From Escherichia phage vB_EcoM_PD205, in sequence record ON922919: DNA of 64,000 nucleotides, one strand, 5' to 3'. The notes beneath the pieces are model-generated. The model searched no databases and was not told where the DNA came from. It was given only the letters and a program-made list of their open reading frames with translations. How positions within the stretch are numbered: the first letter of the stretch is position 1; each line of letters begins with the position of its first letter. The position numbers and the translations under genes are program-made. Positions 1 through 8,191 of the stretch are shown here, piece after piece.

Positions 1-178
1 GAGCATCGCTGACGAACGAAGTGAGTCAAGCATGTGTAACGTGTAAGGTGGGGTAGGGTAGTGGCTACACCGTCAACATACCGGGGGGGCTAGTTGAGTG
101 TAAGGGTGTAGCCCCAGCCACACCACTGTAGCCATACATAACTATGCTACTTTTCATACGCAAAATATGATAGCTATC

Positions 179-505
179 TTACTTATAAGCAGTTAAATAG
201 GAGGAAGGAATCTGGGAGAGGATGTAGTCATAGTAATAGCAATATGCTTCACTATAGGTAGAGTTTATAGGCATACCTATGTAGTCAAACACCCATAAAC
301 AGAAATGATTGAGTTCGTGGATGAGTGTATGTAAAGGTTCCTTGAAGATACCAATCAATACACGATTACCAGAGTAAGTAGTATACCCTTTACAACCTTC
401 CAAGTCTGGCTCATACCCTTTGAGCTTCTTGTATTTCTTAATGAAGGTATCCTGGTCGAATACTACTTCTAACTGTACCGGGTAGGGTGCTGTGTTTAGT
501 TTCAT
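179..505 (-). CDS. small hypothetical protein with HExxH (HELNH) zinc-metallopeptidase-like motif
   Basis: 108-aa ORF; LIHELNHF seen in translation; last gene of the leftward block at window start. Confidence 0.4.
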   Translation of the reverse strand: MKLNTAPYPVQLEVVFDQDTFIKKYKKLKGYEPDLEGCKGYTTYSGNRVLIGIFKEPLHTLIHELNHFCLWVFDYIGMPINSTYSEAYCYYYDYILSQIPSSYLTAYK

Positions 506-786
506 TGTCTTTCCTTATAGATTGGGGTGTTATCCTCGAAGGATAGGATGTACTTGTCTGTATTAAGATGCCAAGGACTAAAGCTACCCTGCCAGGACAT
601 AGGTGTTCCTGGCTCAAGTAGATATACTTCTGCCTTCTTATTGTATAGGAAGAGTAATCCTTGTAATTCATGCAGAGACTGCTCATCTGGAACCAAGATA
701 AGTACATCTGCGTCTAGATTAGCTATATCTTTATGACGGTAGTAGTCATCCTCAAGTACTGCTGAATAAATTTTACTGATAACCAT
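502..786 (-). CDS. small early-region protein, member of tandem paralog family
   Basis: 94 aa; shares motif VLILVPDEQSLHELQGLLFL ... LLEP with neighbouring ORFs. Confidence 0.5.
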   Translation of the reverse strand: MVISKIYSAVLEDDYYRHKDIANLDADVLILVPDEQSLHELQGLLFLYNKKAEVYLLEPGTPMSWQGSFSPWHLNTDKYILSFEDNTPIYKERQ

Positions 787-1103
787 TAGAGACTCTCGTC
801 GCTAGTTAAATATGAGGTAGAAGGATACAGGGTAATAAGTCTACCAGTTAAGGTAGTAACTACCTTAGGTTCACTGGAGGAATAGATATACACAACTACA
901 TTCTCTGGAACTTCAATGGAGGTATCTATTTTAATAAAGGTAATAGGTACACCCAACATGAGGCAGGTTCCGATGAACTCATCTGCTTTTTCGCATTGTT
1001 CGTAGTACATGGTCATAGGCGTGCTTATTCTAATCCAGTGAGATTTACCTACCCCCAGATTAAGGGGACTGGTACTACGATAACTCAAACCATAGAAGCG
1101 CAT
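786..1103 (-). CDS. small hypothetical protein, possible divergent paralog
   Basis: 105 aa; weak EKADEFIGTCLML resemblance to the family motif; tight gene packing. Confidence 0.35.
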   Translation of the reverse strand: MRFYGLSYRSTSPLNLGVGKSHWIRISTPMTMYYEQCEKADEFIGTCLMLGVPITFIKIDTSIEVPENVVVYIYSSSEPKVVTTLTGRLITLYPSTSYLTSDESL

Positions 1104-1106
1104 ACC

Positions 1107-1421
1107 TTACTTCCTTACATAGTAGTAACGGGATTCACCATCCTCATAGCGACAATCCCATTGGTAATCATCAGACACCATCATGTATGGGATAGGTTCC
1201 CCGGAGTTAAAGTTGGTATAGACAGATGGAGGAACAATACATACAACCTTACGGTCATTACCTGCTAAGAAGAGTTGACCCCTTACTTCATGGTAGTCCT
1301 CTAAAGTAGGAACCAGGATTACTTGCTGGGGGTTGCTGTCCATGACTTCTTCTAAAGTGAAGTCTCCTGCATACATAGCCCCCCTTCCAGTAAAACTAGG
1401 GATGGTCATTATGAATTTCAT
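1107..1421 (-). CDS. small early-region protein, member of tandem paralog family
   Basis: 104 aa; motif VILVPTLEDYHEVRGQLFL ... IVPP. Confidence 0.5.
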   Translation of the reverse strand: MKFIMTIPSFTGRGAMYAGDFTLEEVMDSNPQQVILVPTLEDYHEVRGQLFLAGNDRKVVCIVPPSVYTNFNSGEPIPYMMVSDDYQWDCRYEDGESRYYYVRK

Positions 1422-1785
1422 GATTGGTTCTCCCTCCTTTAGGGATAGGTCTGAAGTAAATGGAAAGTGTTTTATTAAAGACGTTATGGTCTGCTATCAT
1501 TTCCCAACCAGCTATCTTATAGAAATGTACACCAGGGAAAAATGTTTCGAAGTTTGCATACTCGGTAAGGTCATACACCTTTGGTTCAGTAAGTATCTCA
1601 GCATTAAGTTGCAGGTTGGTTAAGAAAAAAGAACCAATAATCTCGTGGGATTCGTCGCAATCAGGAAAGAATACTGATTGTCTTGGTGATAATATCTTAC
1701 TTACTACCTCAGGTTCCTCAAGATAATACGGTTCTTGTTTACGGAGTACTCCAGTAATATCAATATCAAAAGCGTAGATGCTCAT
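1396..1785 (-). CDS. small early-region protein, member of tandem paralog family
   Basis: 129 aa; motif VFFPDCDESHEIIGSFFL ... ILTEP. Confidence 0.5.
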   Translation of the reverse strand: MSIYAFDIDITGVLRKQEPYYLEEPEVVSKILSPRQSVFFPDCDESHEIIGSFFLTNLQLNAEILTEPKVYDLTEYANFETFFPGVHFYKIAGWEMIADHNVFNKTLSIYFRPIPKGGRTNHEIHNDHP

Positions 1786-1811
1786 ATTTGCATACCTCCT
1801 GAAAAAGAAAT

Positions 1812-1837
1812 GGGGTAGAGCCTCTCGACTCTACCCC
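1812..1837 (-). terminator. putative intrinsic terminator (9-bp stem GGGGTAGAG/CTCTACCCC)
   Basis: perfect 9-bp inverted repeat with 8-nt loop, preceded on + strand by an A-run (T-tract on - strand). Confidence 0.5.
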
Positions 1838-1985
1838 TTACCGTTTTCTATCACGGGTCAGTTCATCACCCTAGATACATGTGTATCGTTAGCCTACTAG
1901 GTAGGAAAGGAGCCGGGCAACCCTGACTGTAGAAGTTATTAACTCTTTACGAGTACCGCCACTGTCTACTAGGCGGCATGACTAA

Positions 1986-2276
1986 TCACATCATCACCGT
2001 CATCCGAACACTGTCTTTGCTTCGCCTGACGGAGACACTATGAGGTAATTTTGTGAAGAACACAAGAGAGGAGGGGCGTTTTTCTAAAGAGTAAGTTTCT
2101 CTTGGTTCTAAGATTTTAATGCCGGGTCGATTCTCTAAAAGCATCATCCCAGCTAATTCATGGTAGGTATTTTCATCATGTGTGATGATAATGTCATCTG
2201 AAAGAATACCAGCCTTAGTGTGGTCTAGTTCTTTGTATTCATCTTTAGAGTCATGGACTCTCATATAGATTCTCAA
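1986..2276 (-). CDS. small early-region protein, member of tandem paralog family
   Basis: 96 aa; motif IIITHDENTYHELAGMMLL ... ILEP. Confidence 0.5.
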   Translation of the reverse strand: MRIYMRVHDSKDEYKELDHTKAGILSDDIIITHDENTYHELAGMMLLENRPGIKILEPRETYSLEKRPSSLVFFTKLPHSVSVRRSKDSVRMTVMM

Positions 2277-2447
2277 AGGTTACTCCTTTTGGGAATAGGG
2301 TCATCGGAACATTACATACTATTTAGTATCATGAACTTTTTCTATATCATGACTAAAGTGTAACTGTATGGTATCGTTTCTTCAAGGGGTATATCACCCC
2401 AAGAAAAGAATCTTCTTTAATAGACATAACTTTGTAGCGAGATAAGT

Positions 2448-3137
2448 ATGAGTGAACTAACTAAGCAGCAGATTATTAATGCCTTACCTGCTAACTTCAA
2501 AAACAGTGTGACCCAAGAGTTAGTAGACACAATTAACAACATAACCCAAGACCAACTGGTTGCTGAGTCCTTCCGTGAAAACTTCATCTCCTACTCTGGT
2601 GTTATGAAGGAAGGTAAGTTTAAGACCCAGGACTACATGAATGCAGTTCAGTATGTGACTTACAAACATATGGGCTACTCAAATAAGGAAGCCTACTTCA
2701 AGACATTCCCTAACCGACAAGCAGAACTTGTTGCACGAGGAACCAGTGAGAAAGATATTAGTGCCTACGTATCTGCTTACCACAGGGGTAAGTTAGTTAA
2801 CCTCATCATGGAACAAAGTTTGGTTCCAGTGTGGATTGTGAACCAGGACAATTATCAGAAGGCAATCAACGTTCAGGTTGAACTGATGACTACAGCAGCA
2901 AGTGAGAAAGTAAGATGTGATGCAGCTAACTCTATCCTTACTCACTTAGCTAAACCGAAAGACCAGGTAACTAATATCAACCTGGACTTGAGAGAGAACT
3001 CCGGATTGACCGACCTCAGGGCAACACTTGCTGCATTAGCTGAACAGCAGATTAATGCAATCAACAGTGGTGTACCCACCAAAGAGGTTGCTGGTTCTAA
3101 ACTAGTACGTGCAGATGAGGACATTACAGATGTCTGA
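2448..3137 (+). CDS. putative terminase small subunit (N4 gp69-like by position)
   Basis: 229-aa ORF immediately upstream of and overlapping the large terminase; first gene of the rightward late block. Confidence 0.4.
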   Translation: MSELTKQQIINALPANFKNSVTQELVDTINNITQDQLVAESFRENFISYSGVMKEGKFKTQDYMNAVQYVTYKHMGYSNKEAYFKTFPNRQAELVARGTSEKDISAYVSAYHRGKLVNLIMEQSLVPVWIVNQDNYQKAINVQVELMTTAASEKVRCDAANSILTHLAKPKDQVTNINLDLRENSGLTDLRATLAALAEQQINAINSGVPTKEVAGSKLVRADEDITDV

Positions 3138-4719
3138 GTTAATTAAGCAGGAACTGGATGAATGGCTAGACCAGGTGGATTACTCCCACCTTAATTCATC
3201 TAACTATGTTCCTAGTCAGTTTGCTCTTACCTTTGCCAACTTTATTAAGTTGGTTAACGGCAAAGAGGGTGAGTCCAACAAAACACCTCCAGTTCACTTG
3301 AAGATGCTGGATAAGATGATTAGTCCGAACCAGTATGTAGTTAACCTGTGCTTCCGTGGTGCAGGTAAGACTGCTGTGTTCATGGAATACTTTACTTTGT
3401 TCCTGGCAGTGTTTGGTCACTTACCAAGTTTGGGTAAGGTAGAGGGAATGATTTACGTATCTGACTCAATGGATAACGGTGCTAAGTCTGCACGTAAGAA
3501 CATCGAGTTCCGTTACAAGAATAGTGAGTTTCTTCAGCAATGGATACCTGAAGCTACTTTTACAGATAACCTGTTAGAGTTTCGTAATGTAGAAGGGCAT
3601 CGACTAGGTGTTAAGCTGTTTGGTGCTAAGACAGGTCTTCGTGGTACGAAGATATATGGTAAACGTCCAACACTCTGCGTACTGGATGACTTGATTAGTG
3701 ATGGTGATGCTAACTCCAAGACGAGCATGGAAGCTATTAAAGACACCGTTTATAAAGGTGTGAACCATGCTCTTGACCCTACTCGTCGTAAAGTAATCTT
3801 CAACGGTACTCCCTTTAATAAGGAAGACATTATCATTGAAGCTGTTGAGTCTGGTGCATGGGATGTCAACGTATGGCCTGTATGTGAGAAGTTCCCTTGC
3901 AGTAGAGAAGAATTTCAGGGTGCATGGGATGACCGTTTCTCTTACGACTACATTAAAGCCCAATATGACATGGCAGTTAAGACTGGTAAGCTGGCAGGTT
4001 TCTATCAGGAACTTATGCTCCGTATCAGTTCTGAAGATGAGAGACTGGTTCAGGATAGTGAAATTAGATGGTATAGCAGACAGCAACTATTAAGGATGAA
4101 GTCTTGCTATAACTATTACATCACAACCGACTTTGCTACATCGGAGAAACAGACCAGTGACTACAGTGTCATATCAGTTTGGGCTTATAGTTCTAATGGA
4201 GATTGGTTCTGGGTTGATGGTGTGGCTAATCGTCAGCTTATGGATAAAAACTTTGATGACCTGTTCCGTCTGGTTCAAGAATACCAACCACAAAACGTTG
4301 GGGTCGAAATCACAGGGCAGCAAGGTGGATTCATTTCACTCCTTCAGAAGGAAATGATTAACCGTAATGTCTTCTTTAACTTTGCATCTTCTGAGGGTGG
4401 TAAGCCAGGCATCCGTCCTGTAACTTCTAAGCTGTCACGCTTTAACCTGGTAGTTCCATGGTTCAAAGCTGGTAAGATGTATTTCCCGGAAGAGTTGAGA
4501 GACTCAACTATTATGGGTCTGTTCATGGGTCAGATTAAACTAGCTACCATTAATGGAATCAAAGGCAAGGATGACTGTATTGATACTATCTCCATGCTGG
4601 GTTATCTCAATCCTTGGAAGCCGCAAGCAGGTATGACTATGGTGGATAATAAGGGTGACCCAATGTGGGATGACGAAGAAGAAGATAGTGTTAACCCACT
4701 ACGTTCATACATTGTGTGA
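3109..4719 (+). CDS. terminase large subunit
   Basis: 536 aa; Walker A-like RGAGKTA, Walker B-like CVLDDLISD, C-terminal acidic nuclease-like region; upstream of structural genes. Confidence 0.8.
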   Translation: MQMRTLQMSELIKQELDEWLDQVDYSHLNSSNYVPSQFALTFANFIKLVNGKEGESNKTPPVHLKMLDKMISPNQYVVNLCFRGAGKTAVFMEYFTLFLAVFGHLPSLGKVEGMIYVSDSMDNGAKSARKNIEFRYKNSEFLQQWIPEATFTDNLLEFRNVEGHRLGVKLFGAKTGLRGTKIYGKRPTLCVLDDLISDGDANSKTSMEAIKDTVYKGVNHALDPTRRKVIFNGTPFNKEDIIIEAVESGAWDVNVWPVCEKFPCSREEFQGAWDDRFSYDYIKAQYDMAVKTGKLAGFYQELMLRISSEDERLVQDSEIRWYSRQQLLRMKSCYNYYITTDFATSEKQTSDYSVISVWAYSSNGDWFWVDGVANRQLMDKNFDDLFRLVQEYQPQNVGVEITGQQGGFISLLQKEMINRNVFFNFASSEGGKPGIRPVTSKLSRFNLVVPWFKAGKMYFPEELRDSTIMGLFMGQIKLATINGIKGKDDCIDTISMLGYLNPWKPQAGMTMVDNKGDPMWDDEEEDSVNPLRSYIV

Positions 4720-4725
4720 GGAACC

Positions 4726-5436
4726 ATGCAAAAATTATCGGAAGTATATCGTGGCCTGGCACTAAGTACCTTGAAAGGTACTGGTGCAGTCACTGATGAC
4801 AGATTAGATATTGAACCAGATAGTAAGCCTGAGATATTAGCTGCTATTAATGAGGGACTGGTACGACTGCATAGTCGTTTCCCTCTTAGAACTAATAGCT
4901 GCATTGTGGAGATGAAGGAAGGTCGCACTGATTATCCCCTTCAATCTAAGTATGCTTACTCCAGATTTACTAAGCCTACTCTTGAGATTCAATACCCGTA
5001 TATCATGGATGGGTTCATGAAACCTTTCCAGGATGACGTTATTAAAATCTTAAATGTGTTTGATAACTCAGGGAATCGACGTAGACTGAACGACGATTCA
5101 GACCCCCATGCAATCTTCACCCCAAGACCGGATACTATTCAGTGTATGCGACCTCGACACTTCGAGGCACTTAACGTAACTTATCAAGCTAAGCACCCTG
5201 TACTTACGGGTGATGAAGAACAGGAAGTTGACTTAGCAGACACGCTAATGACAGCACTTCATAACTGGGTGGGTTATCGTTACCACACTGGTTTAAATAC
5301 TCCGGAAGCTAATGCTAAGGCAGCAGAGTATCTGCAAACGTATGAAAGCATCTGTGGTGAGGTTGTTGATTATGACCTGGCTAATGGAAGTATTTCAATT
5401 ACCGAAACTAAATTTGAACAACGAGGATGGCGATGA
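4726..5436 (+). CDS. hypothetical structural-module protein
   Basis: 236-aa ORF co-oriented and tightly packed between terminase and large tail genes. Confidence 0.4.
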   Translation: MQKLSEVYRGLALSTLKGTGAVTDDRLDIEPDSKPEILAAINEGLVRLHSRFPLRTNSCIVEMKEGRTDYPLQSKYAYSRFTKPTLEIQYPYIMDGFMKPFQDDVIKILNVFDNSGNRRRLNDDSDPHAIFTPRPDTIQCMRPRHFEALNVTYQAKHPVLTGDEEQEVDLADTLMTALHNWVGYRYHTGLNTPEANAKAAEYLQTYESICGEVVDYDLANGSISITETKFEQRGWR

Positions 5437-8141
5437 ACGCACATACCCCCTTTGATGCAAATCAGGATTGGACCAATCCTTACTGCCAGAATAGTTCCAA
5501 CGACCCAATGGTAGATGCACTACTTGGTAATGCTTACCATGTGGTTCGTACTGTGTACTGCAACCTAGGTAACCTTAAACTCATTTATGATTTCTTGAAT
5601 AAATATGGAATGGTGTTAGGTGTTCAATCAGAAACTGAACTGAAGGCCATGCCTACCAGTGCATCCTATGTACGACTGTATGGTTTTGATAATACCAATA
5701 AGAGAGTTGTTACAGACTATCTGTATGTAGATGGGGATCGTACAGGTGTAATTCCGGATGACCCTTCCGCTACTGGTTCCTGGATTTTGGTTGCTACTTC
5801 TAATTCAGATAGTGGTGGAGATGATGGTGAAGGTAAAGCATCACCACCATACATTCCATACTCATATAATAATGGTTCTGCTATCGGGGGAGAAACCACT
5901 ATTGCAGTACCTGTTGGTACGGTTGGCGTGCCAATGATTGTAATTGATGGCTATACCAACTTGGTTGGTTATGGTTTTACTTATGATGCATCTACACTAA
6001 CTGTTACCCTGGCTCAACCATTGGAACCAGGTGATGAAGTACATCTGTTCTTGACAGGTACTCCAGCAGTTCCTGATAACCCTAATGTAACTGACTGGGT
6101 TCAGATTAACTGGTTATACAATGGTGGTTATGCTTCTGGCGGTGAACAGGTAATTCAGATTCCATACACCTTCCAATCTGTGCCTGCTATTTATAAGAAT
6201 GGTGCTCGTTATTATGCTGGTCTGGTAGAGAACTCATATACTGCTGATGCTGATAACCAACGTATTCTGTTAACTGAGCCACTGGCAACTAATGACCGTC
6301 TTATCGTTACTATCGGCGGTGAGTCTGAGACATTGATTATGACTGACCGTACCATTCAGGAAGTGGCACGTTCAGCTAATGTTAAAGATACTGAAATTAT
6401 TCTGAGTACTAATACTACCCAGTACCTCAATGGTATGAAGGTTGTCTATGACGTAGTTGCTCAAAAGATTTATGGTCTGCCGACGTTACCGACCAATGTC
6501 TATATTAATTCTGTATCTAATGGTCAGTTAACTTACTCACCAGGAAGTATTACCGTAAACCTGTTACCTGTTCCAGGCTCCATGGAAGAATTTGAAAATA
6601 AACTAGCTTTGGATGTAGGAGCTTCTACTATTGGAACTGAGTCCGGTAAGACTGTCCAAGAAGAGTTGGATACTTTAGAAGAAACATCAACGATTCTTGC
6701 GAATAGTATCTATAAGCCCATACCTGTTAAATATTCCCCAAATTATTCTCAGGTAATGGTGGCATCAGTTAATCCGCAAGGTCTAGCCCAGGATGCTACT
6801 TATTGGTACATTACAGAAGATACCTCTTCTGGTGGTGCTTACACTTGTACCCTAAGTCGTATTAATAAGGTTACCAATACCAAAGAATCATTCCCAGGTA
6901 CGTTTGGTACACATGGGCAAGGCATCGGTATTCTCCCCTCTGGCGAAGTATTCATTGGAGGGGCTACTAACAGTTTTATCACAGTAATTAACTTCGCAGC
7001 AGGTACTTCTTACCAGGTAGCCTGTACTGGTTTTATGAAAGATTTTCCTTTCTGCTATGACAGTAAAACTGATTTGATTTACCAGTTACAGGATGCTGAT
7101 GGTACATCAGCTAATATTACTCGTATTGCTGTACTTAGCCGTACCGCTGGTTTTATCTCTGATAACTCTATTGACCGTAAGTTAGTCAAGCCAGGGTATC
7201 CACAAGGTATTACTACAGATGGAAGTTTTCTGTATGTTACCTGTGGTAATTCTTGGTCTGCTGCTTCTACTGGTACATGGAATGATTACTGGGCTTGCTT
7301 TAAAGTTTCCTTGACAGGACAAGTTATAGAGCGAGCAATGTTCCGTAGAACCTCTATGGGTGTTTTGGCAGGTGGTATTACAGTTACTTCTCACGAACCA
7401 CAAGCAGTATCTTGGTTTGAGGGTAAGCTGTCTTTCCTACAGTGTATTGGAAGTTCTTCAGCAACTAATGCTGTAATTTTTACTGAAGATGCTGAAGGTA
7501 GTGCAATACGTGCTGTACCAAAAAACCTTTGGGTAAGCTACTACTCCCTGGATGAACTTGGTATTAATGCTGCATCCTTAGTTGCTGGTTCTGCTCTGTC
7601 CACAATTGCAGCAGCAATGCCTGATAACTCTGATGTAACCTTCTCCCTAAGTAATGAAGCAGCATTACTTGCTGATACAGGTATTGGGTATGGTGTATGT
7701 AAGATTACTCGCGTAAATGCTAACCGAATTAATGCAGTAACTACAGAAGCCAGTTCCGGTTTAACTTCGTCGCAGGTATGTGCTGTATCATACGTTGGTA
7801 TCTACGGGTCTGTGCAAAGTGCTCCTAAGCTTTTACGTGGTGTTAAACCAGTAGCACTTGCTTATGAGGGGACTACTGTTGCAACAGCACCCTCTACAAT
7901 AACAGTTTCCGGTATTGCAAACTGTAATGAGTTGGTAATCCATATCACTCATACCAGTGGGACTAATCCAGTAACCCCACATAAATTCACAAGAGATGAG
8001 ATTAGTTATTACGTTACAAATGCTACAACTCTCTATCTTGGTGATGGTACTGGGTTTATGTCTTGCCAGTTTACATCTACCGGGTTATCCATTACAGGTG
8101 TCACTGGTTCTCCGATTGTTAGACGTGTTCTAACTATTTAA
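5427..8141 (+). CDS. large virion/tail protein (N4 gp66-like by position)
   Basis: 904 aa, Gly/Thr/Ser-rich beta-type composition typical of tail and adhesin proteins; position after terminase. Confidence 0.5.
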   Translation: MAMNAHTPFDANQDWTNPYCQNSSNDPMVDALLGNAYHVVRTVYCNLGNLKLIYDFLNKYGMVLGVQSETELKAMPTSASYVRLYGFDNTNKRVVTDYLYVDGDRTGVIPDDPSATGSWILVATSNSDSGGDDGEGKASPPYIPYSYNNGSAIGGETTIAVPVGTVGVPMIVIDGYTNLVGYGFTYDASTLTVTLAQPLEPGDEVHLFLTGTPAVPDNPNVTDWVQINWLYNGGYASGGEQVIQIPYTFQSVPAIYKNGARYYAGLVENSYTADADNQRILLTEPLATNDRLIVTIGGESETLIMTDRTIQEVARSANVKDTEIILSTNTTQYLNGMKVVYDVVAQKIYGLPTLPTNVYINSVSNGQLTYSPGSITVNLLPVPGSMEEFENKLALDVGASTIGTESGKTVQEELDTLEETSTILANSIYKPIPVKYSPNYSQVMVASVNPQGLAQDATYWYITEDTSSGGAYTCTLSRINKVTNTKESFPGTFGTHGQGIGILPSGEVFIGGATNSFITVINFAAGTSYQVACTGFMKDFPFCYDSKTDLIYQLQDADGTSANITRIAVLSRTAGFISDNSIDRKLVKPGYPQGITTDGSFLYVTCGNSWSAASTGTWNDYWACFKVSLTGQVIERAMFRRTSMGVLAGGITVTSHEPQAVSWFEGKLSFLQCIGSSSATNAVIFTEDAEGSAIRAVPKNLWVSYYSLDELGINAASLVAGSALSTIAAAMPDNSDVTFSLSNEAALLADTGIGYGVCKITRVNANRINAVTTEASSGLTSSQVCAVSYVGIYGSVQSAPKLLRGVKPVALAYEGTTVATAPSTITVSGIANCNELVIHITHTSGTNPVTPHKFTRDEISYYVTNATTLYLGDGTGFMSCQFTSTGLSITGVTGSPIVRRVLTI

Positions 8142-8145
8142 TATC

Positions 8146-8170
8146 AATTCCCCTCTTCGGAGGGGGATTC
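8146..8170 (+). terminator. stem-loop downstream of 904-aa tail gene
   Basis: CCCCTC-TTCG-GAGGGG hairpin with extended stem directly after the stop codon; weak T-tract. Confidence 0.45.
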
Positions 8171-8191
8171 TTAGAATAAAACGAGGCATAT

